Source: an uncultured Phycisphaerales bacterium (GTDB lineage: Bacteria > Planctomycetota > Phycisphaerae > Tepidisphaerales > Tepidisphaeraceae). Taken from it: a DNA stretch of 64,000 nucleotides. Numbering within the stretch: the first letter of the stretch is position 1; the number at the start of each line of letters is the position of its first letter. Position numbers and translations under genes: made by a program. The stretch lies in assembly GCA_963844715.1 (NCBI GenBank), contig CAWJPJ010000008.1, positions 704,001 to 768,000 of the forward strand, read 5' to 3'. Below the pieces are notes generated by a model, which was given only the letters and a program-made list of their open reading frames with translations, did not search any database and was not told the DNA's origin. Positions 33,118 through 44,578 of the stretch are shown one piece after another.

Positions 33118-35655
33118 TCACTGAAACTTCAGATCCGTCCAATACATATCGATCCCCTTGTTCTGGTCGTCCGTATCGGTTTCCAGGATCAGCCCGTAAA
33201 TCTTCTTCCCCGGCGGAAACAGAAGGGTGATGTGATGCGTTCCGCGATCGGTTATCACGTTCACCGGATCAAGCTCAACCCCCCACGCGAGCCCCGCGCT
33301 GATTTGTTTCCCGATCTCGGTGTCGATCGCGTAGATCTTGTAAGTGGCATGCTCGGCGGTCGCATACGACCCAGTGAACATCCCGAACCCGGCGCTAAAT
33401 CCGCGGGCATTCGGCGGAGCCGGGATCAGCATCTGCGTATGCGGCGGCGCTTTGATCACCATTTTGCCGAAATCGTTCTCGACGAAATCCGGCGGGTTGG
33501 TTGGTTCGATCTGCAAAAAATGGGCCCCCAGGAAGAACTGCCGCAGGTTCAGATAATCGGCCATGCCCGGCACCTGTGAAATATCCGTATGCGGATAATG
33601 CAGCGCCGAGAATTGAATCGTATAGTCGTCGTCGTAGCAGACGCTCCCTCCCGACTCGGAAAACGCGACGGCGACCCCCATGTCCGTCACATGTCCAACC
33701 GCCAACTGGTTTTTCCAATCTTTTGAATAGAGCAACCCAAACGCCATCCGATCCGAAATCTCCGGCGAAAGCAGAAATCCGGTCTGGTCCAACTCCCGGA
33801 TCAGGCGAAATCTCTTCGGCTGCCCAGCGGTTGTAACCCCCAACAGCAACGGGGGCGGCTTATATAAGAGGCGAGTCAGTTGGCCCAGCGGCGTCAGATG
33901 AACGCTTATGTTGACCCAGATCGGATCATCCGATTGCGGCACCGAGATCCAATGCCCCAGGCGTCCCTGCCGCGTGCTGATCGGCGTCAGCGAGAATTCG
34001 CGAGGTTCGCTCGAACGCCGCAAGACCAGATAAGATCCCGACGCGTCGGTTAGATCGTATCGAGTTAAAATCTCGGGCCAGGACGCGGCGTCGTCCAGCG
34101 ACGGATAATGGTGATCGATCGTCTTCAGATCGAAAAGAATCGTCGGAGCCGCCCGATTGCTGGTAAGAAATCTCGCGTTTAGATTCGACAAAAAATCCGT
34201 AAACGCCAGATAACTGTGAAATACCGGTCGAGGACGATAGTCCATGCCCTGCGCCAGAAGCTGTCTTTGCCCCCAGGGGTAGATATCCACCGGTCCATCC
34301 ACCTTGGGAAGCGGCGGGGGGGAATACCCCAAGTCGTCCGCCGTGGAATTCTGCGGCTTCGCCGAAGTTCCGACGAACGCATCGACGACCGAACCCAACC
34401 GGTTCGGTATTTGCTCAATTTCGGCAAACAAGTTTTCCGGACCGCCCGCCATAGTCAGGCGCAGTTGCGATTCCCAGGAAAGATAAACGCCTGCGAAGCT
34501 CACCAGCACCAGAAAAATTTGCGCCCCGCCGCCGCGAATTCGCGGCCAAACCGTCCCCGTGAACGTCACTGCCATGATTGCCATCGCCGCCGTCGCGGCG
34601 ATTTCGTGCACATCATGCCGTACGTAACCCCCTTTGAAGATCAGGAAGATCAATCCCGCCGTGCCGATGATCGCCAGCGCGCTTTTGCGGGGGTCGATTA
34701 ACTCGGTTTCTCGCGGCCGTGCCCTGGCCGCAACTTCGTCCAGCACGCTTCCGGCGCGCTGAAGACCCGCCCCCTTCCTCCACGGATGCACCACCGCCAG
34801 AGACCCTAAAAACAGCAACGCCACCAGTATGAATTGCCCGATATCCACAAGTTCCGTGGGGGAGAACAACGATACCCCCTCCACATAACCATCAGCCATC
34901 TTCCACGAATGGAGCAAATACGGCCCGATACTTCCCAGAGGTTGGTGGGCGGCAAGCCAGAATCCCATCAGCGACACGACGTACACAATCAGGTAAGTCG
35001 GGGCCCGCCGGCGCCAAATTTGATCCGCCGTCACGACAGCCAGGACCGGCGCCGCCGTTGCAAAGAGCGAAAATTTGATCAGGCTGGAAAGGGCAATTGC
35101 AACGGTCAGCAAAATTTTCACCGGCGACCAATCGCGGGCGTCCACGTAAAAGTGAATCAGTAATAAGAACCAGCTTAGCAGCAGCAGGCGAGCGTCCACC
35201 ATATTTACCGGCGGTCCGGTTAAAAGGACCACGGCAATCAGCCACACCGCCGCGACCCATCTCGTGGTGGTCATTTGGCGCGAAATCGTCACCAGCGCCG
35301 CGAAGTAAGCGATGGACAAAAAGATCCACGCGGCCATCACGGTTGCGGCGGTTTCCGGCGAACTCCCCGCCGCGACAAATCCCCACGGGCCGTGCGTGAA
35401 GACGAGGTCGTGGCCGAAATCGATATGGTTTAAATAGGCCCAGTCGAGCACCTTCGCCCAGGAAGCGTCCAACTCATCGACCGCCCTCGTCGGCGCCGGA
35501 TTGCTCCACATCACAAACGCGCAAAGATTTAGAACGAATATCCCCGCCAGCGCGGCAAACCACCACCAGGGCGACTTTTCCTTCCGATCCTGGCCCGATG
35601 CGCCTTCCTCTCCTGCGGCCACTTCGCCCGACGATGCTGTGTTCTCTGATTCCAT
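33118..35655 (-). CDS. Polytopic membrane protein, putative GT-C glycosyltransferase (paralog 2)
   Basis: ELDASWAKVLDWA...DFGHDLVFTHGPWGF, LIKFS, FKGGYVRHD, RPRPVFHSY. Confidence 0.7.
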   Translation of the reverse strand: MESENTASSGEVAAGEEGASGQDRKEKSPWWWFAALAGIFVLNLCAFVMWSNPAPTRAVDELDASWAKVLDWAYLNHIDFGHDLVFTHGPWGFVAAGSSPETAATVMAAWIFLSIAYFAALVTISRQMTTTRWVAAVWLIAVVLLTGPPVNMVDARLLLLSWFLLLIHFYVDARDWSPVKILLTVAIALSSLIKFSLFATAAPVLAVVTADQIWRRRAPTYLIVYVVSLMGFWLAAHQPLGSIGPYLLHSWKMADGYVEGVSLFSPTELVDIGQFILVALLFLGSLAVVHPWRKGAGLQRAGSVLDEVAARARPRETELIDPRKSALAIIGTAGLIFLIFKGGYVRHDVHEIAATAAMAIMAVTFTGTVWPRIRGGGAQIFLVLVSFAGVYLSWESQLRLTMAGGPENLFAEIEQIPNRLGSVVDAFVGTSAKPQNSTADDLGYSPPPLPKVDGPVDIYPWGQRQLLAQGMDYRPRPVFHSYLAFTDFLSNLNARFLTSNRAAPTILFDLKTIDHHYPSLDDAASWPEILTRYDLTDASGSYLVLRRSSEPREFSLTPISTRQGRLGHWISVPQSDDPIWVNISVHLTPLGQLTRLLYKPPPLLLGVTTAGQPKRFRLIRELDQTGFLLSPEISDRMAFGLLYSKDWKNQLAVGHVTDMGVAVAFSESGGSVCYDDDYTIQFSALHYPHTDISQVPGMADYLNLRQFFLGAHFLQIEPTNPPDFVENDFGKMVIKAPPHTQMLIPAPPNARGFSAGFGMFTGSYATAEHATYKIYAIDTEIGKQISAGLAWGVELDPVNVITDRGTHHITLLFPPGKKIYGLILETDTDDQNKGIDMYWTDLKFQ

Positions 35656-35670
35656 AAGTTTTCTATTTGC

Positions 35671-38174
35671 TCAATGAAATTGAATATCCGTCCAGTAAGA
35701 ATCGCTGTTCAGGTTCTGCGGGCCTGGCTTCGTCTGCAGGACGATTCCCGCCACGCCCGATGCTGGAAGATCGACCGTCTGCTCGTGAGTGCCGCGATCC
35801 TGGGCTTGATCCGTCGGATTCAGGACCGATACAAACAGCCGCTCCGGATGGGCCCGTCCCGATAAATGATCGACCGTATAAGCGGAGAACTCAACCCCAT
35901 CGGTCCGGTTGCCCCCCTGGAACGATTTGTTCCGCATTCCAAAACCAAACTGAAACTTCCGGCGCCGGCGGGAATGGGAATCAACAGTTGGGCCAGCGCC
36001 GGAGCCGTGAGAATGACCTTTCCGTTGTCTTCCTGCGTCAATACGACATCGCCGTGGGCTCGAAGCACGGTGATCTGTTCCGCCATCGCCCGCATGTTCA
36101 CATAGTCCCCCATCCCCGGCACGGCGGAAATGTCCGCGTGCGGATAGTGCAGCCCGTAGAATTCAACCGTAAATTCCCCTTGATAATATTCCTCCGCGAT
36201 ATCATCATCGAATCCGATCGCGATTTCCGAAACCAGATCCGCATTCATGATCTGTTTCCACTGGGGCGAATAGAGCGCCGCAAGCGCGGTCGTGTCGGGA
36301 AGCATCGGAGACAGCAAAAATCCCGAGCCCGCCTCCTCGCGCATAAGCGTCCGTGTGAGTTCCCGCCCCGACCGCGTGGTAATTTTCAATCCCACCAGCG
36401 GCAATTTGTACATCGCCCGCATGACGCGTCCCCAGGGGGTCAAGTCGACGTGAATTGCGACCCACACCGGATCGTTCGAATCCGGAACGTCGACCCAATG
36501 CGCGAACACTCCCGTGCGCTCCCCAAGCGGCACGAGCGAAAATGAGCGTGGGGATTGCGATCGCCGCAACACCAATTGCGTCCTGGCGGCGTCTTTCAGA
36601 TCGTACCGCGTCAGCAATTCGGGGATCGACAGAGCGTCGTCCTGCGACGGATAATGCTCGTCGATTGGCTGCAAGCGAAAGAGCACGGTTTCCGGGGCAC
36701 TGGCGCCGGCGAGAAATTCCGCGTTTAATCGCGACAACTCGGCGGAATACGTGTAGTAACTCTGAAACACCGGACGCGGGCGGTAATCCAGATTATTGTC
36801 GATCAGGACGCGCTGCCCGATCGAGTAGGAATCCACCGGACCGACGATCTCCTTCGCCAGCCCGTCGGGGAGCGGCAGCTTCTGTTTCTCGTAATCAAGG
36901 CGGATCCCTTCGCCTCCGCTGAGCCAATCGATCGCCGTCGCAATCGAATTTGGAACAATCCCCACCGTCCCCAACGCCAGTTCCGCTTCCGATTTTCCCA
37001 GACACGATTCCTCCGAATACCAGGCCAATCCCAGGATACCCACGCACGCAACGGCGATGAAAGCTTTGGCCAGCGGTTCGTCCACGCGCGGCCAGACGGT
37101 CGCGCCGATCGCCAGCGCAATCAGCCCCAGCGATGCCGTCGCGATGATCTCATGAATGTCGTGGCGGACGTAGCCCGTCTTGAATATCGCAAAGAGCGCC
37201 GCCGCAAACCCCATCGCGCCCAGGATGCTTTTGCCGTGTTCGACCGTGCCCCCTCGATTGGGCGCCGCCACGAGCGTTTCGTCGATCACTCGCCGCAGGC
37301 TGCGCTCGGAGCGATAGCGATACCACGGGTGCATCATTCCCAACATCGCAAACAACATGCTGACGGCGATCACGAAAGCGAGAACGTCCGTATCCTCCGA
37401 GGCCACAAACTGCTGCAGCCCTTCCGTATAACCCGAGACGACGGTCAGCGAATGGGAAAGATATGCCCCCAGACTGCCGAGCGGCTGCCCCGCCAGCAGC
37501 CAAAGCGCGATAAACGAGCCGATGTAGCAAATCAGGAACGACGGAATCCGCTTCCGCAAAACCTGGTCGATGGTGATGACGCCAAGCACCGGCACGGCGG
37601 TCGAAAAAGTTGAAGTTTTAATCAGCCCCACCCACGCCAGTCCGATCGTCAATATGATCTTCCCCGCCTCCCAGGGCGAATCGTCGAAATAGAAATAGAT
37701 TAACAGCAGCAGCCAGCCGATCATCGCGATGCGGACGTCTTGAAACTGTCGCACCGGACCGCCGGCGAGAGTGATAAACAGCAGCATGAATCCCGCCGCC
37801 CATTTTCGCGAAGGAAGGCCGCCGGCGATTTTCCACGCCGCGAGAAAGAATCCGACCGCCAGCACCGACCACGTCAGGACGGCCCACCCGAAGAGGGCCG
37901 GCATGTAACGCAGGTTGACGAAGCCCCACGGTCCATAGGTGAAGATCAGATTTTTCCCGAAGTCGATTTTGTGCACGTGCGCCCATTGAAGGACGACATT
38001 CCACGATGCGTCGAGATCGTTCGGCGGAAGCGAAATGTTCCACGGCACGAACACGCAAAGCGTATAAAGCAGCAGCACCGCCGGCAGCCACAGACTCGCC
38101 GCGATGGACTTACCGCTTTTCACGGAGTCCGTCGAAACCGCGGGGGTGGAAGATGTGCTGTCCGCCGTGTCCAC
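35671..38174 (-). CDS. Polytopic membrane protein, putative GT-C glycosyltransferase (paralog 1); frameshift near 35945
   Basis: DLDASWNVVLQWA...DFGKNLIFTYGPWGF, FKTGYVRHD, RPRPVFQSY; the shifted C-terminus SYWTDIQFH matches its paralogs. Confidence 0.7.
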
Positions 38175-38175
38175 T

Positions 38176-38930
38176 TTAGCCCAGCCAGCGATGCTGAAAC
38201 GCCCAGAAATACCACTGAAGATATTTGGGCAGCCATTTGACCAATTTGAATCGGCTCTTTCCCGCGGTGCGATCCAGCCACGTCGCCGGAACCTCCTCGA
38301 CCCGCCCGCCGCGGAAGTGCGCTTTGACCGTCAATTCCAGACCCAGGCAAAAGCCCGCCTTGCTTTCAATCGGCGTCTTCCTCAAAAAATCCAGGCGATA
38401 CGCCTTGAAACTGTTCGTCGGATCGTGCGTCTTCAGCCCCGTGAACCAGCACAACGTCAGCCCCGCCATGCGGCTCAAGAATCCCTTGATCTTTGGCCCG
38501 CCGATTTGTTTTCCCCCCTTCATATACCGGCTGGCGCAAACCACATCCGCTCCCGCTTCGGCGCGGCGAACCATCTCCTCGACCGCTGAAAAATCGTCCG
38601 ACACGTCCGCCATCATCACCACCACCACCGGCGCCGCCGCCGCGCTCATCCCCGCCTCGATGGCGAATCGCACCCCCGCGCCCAGCCGATTCCGCACCAA
38701 TCGAATCGGCGAAGGTTTCTGATCCGCCGGCATGGCCTCCAGCGCCGGCAGCGTGTTGTCCTGGTCGAAATCGTAACAGATCAGAACTTCATATCCCGGC
38801 GGCAAATGCTGCAAAGCCTTTTTGCAATACTCCGCGATGTTCGGTCCCTCGTTATAGGCAGGAACCACCACAGAATATCGCGGCGGCGGGCCTTCCGTCA
38901 CCGGCGGCGCGCCCGGCAGCGGAGCCTTGC
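38176..38930 (-). CDS. GT2 polyprenyl-phosphate glycosyltransferase (DPM1-like); probably the C-terminal half of a fusion with the upstream methyltransferase
   Basis: YSVVVPAYNEG, D.DQDNT, VMMADVSD, VVCASRYMKGG, HDPTNSFKAYR, W.DR.AGKSRF; no convincing own start or RBS. Confidence 0.85.
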
Positions 38931-39703
38931 GCGGCCGTGATGATGAATGTTCCGAAGCGTCGCCCCAGCCCCACGCTCTCCCACAAAAAATCCATCGCAT
39001 TGTACATCCAGAGCATGGCGTTGATCAGGCCGGGCGCAACTTTGCGGTACGGGATATCCCCCTGACAGCGCAGATGGACATATTGAAATCCCGCTTCGCG
39101 GAACTGCCGCCTCAGCCGCCGCGCCTGCAGCGGCCGCTCATTCGGACTCACTCCCGCCGCCAGATACAGTTTGCTCCCCGGCCAGCGAAACAGCGCCATC
39201 GCGGGATGCAACACGTTGGGATCGTACGCAAAAGCCCATCCGCCCGGCTTCAACACCCGCAATGCTTCCTTGATGGCCGGCTGATAGTCTGGAATGTGAT
39301 GCAGCACGCTGCTGAAGGCGACAATGTCGAAACTCTCATCCGCAAAGGGAAGCCGGCACGCATCGGCGCGCATCCAGCGCGAATCCGGAAATCGCCCGGC
39401 CGCGACCTGAACGGCGCGATCCGACAAATCCAGCCCGACATGAAAATCCAAAAATCGCTGGTAAATCCGCCGCGACTGCCCCGTCCCGCACCCCACTTCC
39501 AGCACGCGTATCTGCTGCCCCGGCATCTGAACCGACAGCGGGTCGGCCACCCAGCGCTCGAAACGCTTTTGCAGCGTTTTCCAGCCGCGTTCCGTGAAGG
39601 GATTGAAGTCCCCCTTCTCATCGACATACGTATCGAAATAGTTGATCTCCGCGGCGACGGGATCAGCCAGGGCTTGCGGCGAAGTACGCGACGTTCCGTT
39701 CAT
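38930..39703 (-). CDS. Class I SAM-dependent methyltransferase domain
   Basis: VLEVGCGTG, GLDLS, ADACRLPFADESFDIV, VLHH, RVLKPGG; ATGA overlap with the epimerase stop. Confidence 0.88.
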
Positions 39704-40722
39704 ATATTCCCGTGCGCCAACTCCTCTTTAATCCACGGGATCACTTCGTCGAGCATTGTGGAGAGCGACGTGTTGGCCTCGAAATCCAGAACCTTCTTGG
39801 CCTTGCTCACGTCGGGGACGCGCATCTGAACATCATACAGGTAGGGGGGATCGGACACGTACTCAAACTTCTTGCCTTTGCCGTGAATCTTCTCCCATAT
39901 CAGCTCGGCCAGCTCCAGCACGGTGGTGGACTGCGGCGTGGAGAGATTGAAATCCTGCATCGTGGCCGCCGGATGGAAAATCGAGGTGACGATCCCCTGC
40001 GCCAAATCTCCGCCGTAGGTGTAGCATCGCGTCTGCTTGCCGCTTCCCAGAATCCGCAGCGGCGATTGCCCTTTCAACACCTTCTGAACCAGGTCCGGCA
40101 CCACATGGCTCATCGCCAGCTTGATGTTCCCGCTGGGAACGTCCTTATCACCGATGGCCCGCCGCTCCCCGATTCCCACGCAGTTAAACGGCCGGCAAAT
40201 CGTGTACGGCAGTTTGTATTGCTCGTACGCCCCCTTGGCGAAATACTCGCACGCCAGCTTCTGAAACCCATACGTGCTCGACGGCGGCGGGCATTTCTCC
40301 TGATGTCCCTCCGGCGTCGGGAAAACCGTCGCATTCTCGAACACCATGCTGCTGCTTAAAACGGTGATCTTTTTGAGCTTCGCCTTCCTAAATGCCGCGA
40401 TCGCCGCGTCGAAGCTGGCGGCGATGATCCGTTCGTTTTCCGCCAGTAGATCGTAGGCGTACTCGTGAAAATAGCTGATCCCGCCGATTCGCGCCGCGCA
40501 GGCCACGAAATGATCGCAACCCGCCGCCAGATCGCTGAGCAGTTTGACGTCCGTCGCGTCCGCCTGGATGAACTGATAGCGCGGGTCCTTCTGGTAGCTT
40601 TTTTCGATGCGGCCGTATTTGGAAAAATTGTCCACGCCGACCACTTCGTGTCCGGCCGACAAAAGTTCCTGGACCATGTATCCCGCGATGAATCCGGCGG
40701 AGCCGGTGACTAGTACCTTCAT
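39700..40722 (-). CDS. NAD-dependent NDP-sugar epimerase/dehydratase/decarboxylase (extended SDR)
   Basis: VLVTGSAGFIA, SSSMVF, YGFQK (YxxxK), RPFNCVG, G.QTRCYTY. Confidence 0.88.
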   Translation of the reverse strand: MKVLVTGSAGFIAGYMVQELLSAGHEVVGVDNFSKYGRIEKSYQKDPRYQFIQADATDVKLLSDLAAGCDHFVACAARIGGISYFHEYAYDLLAENERIIAASFDAAIAAFRKAKLKKITVLSSSMVFENATVFPTPEGHQEKCPPPSSTYGFQKLACEYFAKGAYEQYKLPYTICRPFNCVGIGERRAIGDKDVPSGNIKLAMSHVVPDLVQKVLKGQSPLRILGSGKQTRCYTYGGDLAQGIVTSIFHPAATMQDFNLSTPQSTTVLELAELIWEKIHGKGKKFEYVSDPPYLYDVQMRVPDVSKAKKVLDFEANTSLSTMLDEVIPWIKEELAHGNI

Positions 40723-40759
40723 AATCTTCGCTTCCCGAGTTGTTTGAAAAAATGATCGT

Positions 40760-41959
40760 TCACGATTCGTGGCCGAGGCAGTCCCAAACGTCGATCACCT
40801 TGCCGGCCGGTATTTTCAGCTTCCGGTACGGCTTGTGCGGGGCGCCGATGAAGATCATATCCGATTCCGCCAACACCTTTTCCATCGGCTCCAGGCTCGC
40901 GTCGCGAACGTACGGATCGCTGCACAGCACCCGGCGGCATTCCAGCGTCAGCAGCTTCTTCAGCTTGTAGCTCAGCGAGTCGCGCGGATCGTCGCTCTCG
41001 GCCTTGAATGCCATCCCCAGAATCCCCACCGTTTTGCCCGACAAATCCATCTTTCGCTTCGCCAGCCCGATCAAATGCGACGGCAATCCCTCGTTGATCA
41101 GCATCGCCGAGTGCCCCAGCACAAACTTATTGTGGCTGAACGCCGCCAGTTGCATGGTGTCCTTCACCAGACAAGGTCCGGCCGTCAGTCCTGGCCCGGG
41201 CATCCCGCTCATCCGCGCATATTTATGCCGGCAGGCGTGCAATATCCGGTTGAAGTCCAGCCCGTTCTCCGTGGCGATCATGTAAAACTGATTGACCGTC
41301 GCGAACTGAATGTATCGCCACGCATTAGTCATCAATTTCGTCAACTCCGCTTCCATCACCGGAATCTCGACGAACTGCGACGTAAACCGCGCGAACAGCT
41401 CGCGCACCTGGCCCAGCGTCTTGGGATCAAAAGCGCTGATGATCTGCGGCAGCTCCCGGAATTCGCGCAAGCTATATCCCTGCGCCACCCGCTCCGGACA
41501 AAACGCCACCGAAATATCCAGCCCCATTTCGTTTATGTGTGATTGGATCAGCTTACTGATTCCGGGGAAAACCGTGCTGCGCAGGATCAGAATCTGCCCA
41601 TTGCGCAGATAATCCTTGCACATCTCGATCGCCTTGTGAATCGCCCCAAACTGCGGATTCAGATGCTCATCCACCGGCGTTCCCACGATCAGCACGATGA
41701 ATCGACAGTCCGAAAGCAATTCCGGCGAGGCGTGCGCCTCCAGCGTGCCCCTCTTCAGCACGCGATGGAGCATCTCCTCGGCGCCCTCTTCCTCGAACGG
41801 CATCTTCCCGGCGCGGATCGTTTCGACGACCTTGCGGTTGATGTCATAGATGACGGTTTTCAGCCCCGCGTCGGCAAACGTCAGCGCCAGCGGCAAGCCC
41901 ACATGGCCGCCGCCCCCAATCACACAAACATCCCGTCCGAACGCCGTCGGCTGACTCAC
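40760..41959 (-). CDS. UDP-glucose/GDP-mannose/UDP-ManNAc dehydrogenase family protein
   Basis: VIGGGGHVGLPLA, IVGTP, RSTVFPG, CPERV, AELTKL..NAWR, AGPCLVKD, LGMAFKAESDD.RDS; GTG start after GGAGG. Confidence 0.9.
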   Translation of the reverse strand: MSQPTAFGRDVCVIGGGGHVGLPLALTFADAGLKTVIYDINRKVVETIRAGKMPFEEEGAEEMLHRVLKRGTLEAHASPELLSDCRFIVLIVGTPVDEHLNPQFGAIHKAIEMCKDYLRNGQILILRSTVFPGISKLIQSHINEMGLDISVAFCPERVAQGYSLREFRELPQIISAFDPKTLGQVRELFARFTSQFVEIPVMEAELTKLMTNAWRYIQFATVNQFYMIATENGLDFNRILHACRHKYARMSGMPGPGLTAGPCLVKDTMQLAAFSHNKFVLGHSAMLINEGLPSHLIGLAKRKMDLSGKTVGILGMAFKAESDDPRDSLSYKLKKLLTLECRRVLCSDPYVRDASLEPMEKVLAESDMIFIGAPHKPYRKLKIPAGKVIDVWDCLGHES

Positions 41960-42024
41960 TAAAAACCTCCAGTTTCCGCATACAAGGGATAAAGATCGTA
42001 GTTGATTTCCGCGCACCTTTTTTT

Positions 42025-42064
42025 CCCCCTCCACCGGTAATCCGGAGGAGGGTTGGGGAGGGGG
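42025..42064. repeat. REP-like half element
   Basis: CCCCCTCCACCGGTAATCCGGAGGAGGGTTGGGGAGGGGG resembles the 13505 left arm. Confidence 0.5.
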
Positions 42065-42345
42065 CAGGAGCGGTGCTCAAATACGATCCCTTTGACAGCG
42101 TGAATATACACGCCATCGCGGACCCGGCCAAAGCCGCCGCTACGGAACAGGAATTTCAGGGCCAAATGGCGCGCAAAGCAAAGCGCGGAGGAGGCTTGCC
42201 TCGCTTACGGGGAGGGCTCGTGCTTGGTTAAGCGAAATAAGACGCGGCGAAGGTTGCCAATGAAGGGTGCGTAATCGACGTAACTCACTGTCAAATCACA
42301 ATAATATGAAAATTATGATGCACCATATAATATGTTTTCCGATGA

Positions 42346-42545
42346 GCATTGTGTCATCCGGCGGCGGGGCGGGTAAATCCCGAGAATCCCCCTCACCCGT
42401 GCCGCTCGTCTGGATGATTTTAGTGATGCACCCATGGCAGCATCCGGGCGCGCAAAAGGCCATCTGTGGCCGATGCGCCCCGGGTGCCTTTTTATGCGCA
42501 GTAACAATCAACCCCAATGCGCCGGCGGGGTGCTCCTGGCATTTC
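42346..42545. ncRNA. Possible structured non-coding RNA
   Basis: Long imperfect hairpin at 42346-42428, then hairpin 42437-42488 followed by a T-run; TATAAT at 42326; no credible ORF here. Confidence 0.3.
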
Positions 42546-42622
42546 TTTAACCTGTTGTTGAGCGTTTCCACGAAGTGTTTGACCGCGTAATTGTTCGCCG
42601 CGCGGCCGACCCAACCCAGGCC

Positions 42623-43732
<1,110 letters not shown>

Positions 43733-43986
43733 TTATAGGGCGTCAATATCGAGTTCCGCCAATATGCCCCTGGCTGTTTAGAGAATCGGTTCAATCAATC
43801 GCTCCATTGACGATGGTCTGGTGCAAAAAAACCGCATGTAAGACGAGTTACGCGATTGAACGGCTTTTTTTCGGTCCACTGCAATTTTCCACGCCTGGTC
43901 CGATAGTGTTCGAGTTGTTTTCCGAAAAGTTCGTTCAGCCGCCGCTAAGGAGTGCCGAAAAATGAAATGGTTATTCAAAAATCAAA

Positions 43987-44436
43987 ATGAGCCTCAAGCT
44001 GACTGCACAACTTTATAAGCAGATCCTGGCGAGCCTGCGGTCCGATTTCCCAAGCCGCGGCAGTGAGAAGCGCGGCCAGGGTCGCGTCGGCCTGCGCTGC
44101 TCCCTGGATATCGTCCCCTGTTCCTTCAGCGAAAACGGCGCAAAACCCATCACCGTTTGGGTGCGTGACATCTCGATGAAGGGGATCGGCCTAGTCACTT
44201 CGATGCCGATCGCCGAGGGAACGCTCTTCATCGCGCGCCTTCCGCGCAATCCCGACGAGCCGCTAAGCGTGACCTATAAAGTCGTCTATTGCCGGCGGCT
44301 CAGCAGCGATCTCTATAGCGTCGGTTCAGTCCTGGAAACCGTGAAAGACGAAAAGAGCGCCCCGGACAAGTCGGGCGGGGATAAGGCCGGCGCCGCCAAA
44401 TCCAACGGCGGCGTCGCTGTCGGAGCGGCAAAGTAG
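43987..44436 (+). CDS. PilZ domain protein
   Basis: EKRGQGRV (RxxxR) and RDISMKGIG (DxSxxG) c-di-GMP-binding motifs. Confidence 0.8.
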   Translation: MSLKLTAQLYKQILASLRSDFPSRGSEKRGQGRVGLRCSLDIVPCSFSENGAKPITVWVRDISMKGIGLVTSMPIAEGTLFIARLPRNPDEPLSVTYKVVYCRRLSSDLYSVGSVLETVKDEKSAPDKSGGDKAGAAKSNGGVAVGAAK

Positions 44437-44578
44437 TTCTCGCAAAACCTCCGCATTTATCGGTCCCTCCCTCTGGCGCCTCAGATTTATTTGCCCCCCA
44501 TAAATCCATCGTTATCATGAACCCCGGGCGGAACGTGGAACGGGCTTTTCTCACCCGTGAGAAAGGAAGGAAAGAGCC

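Noticed and set aside
42267..42590. ORFs in the cheB-dehydrogenase intergenic region
   Set aside because: No RBS, atypical composition and overlap with strong hairpins; treated as non-coding.
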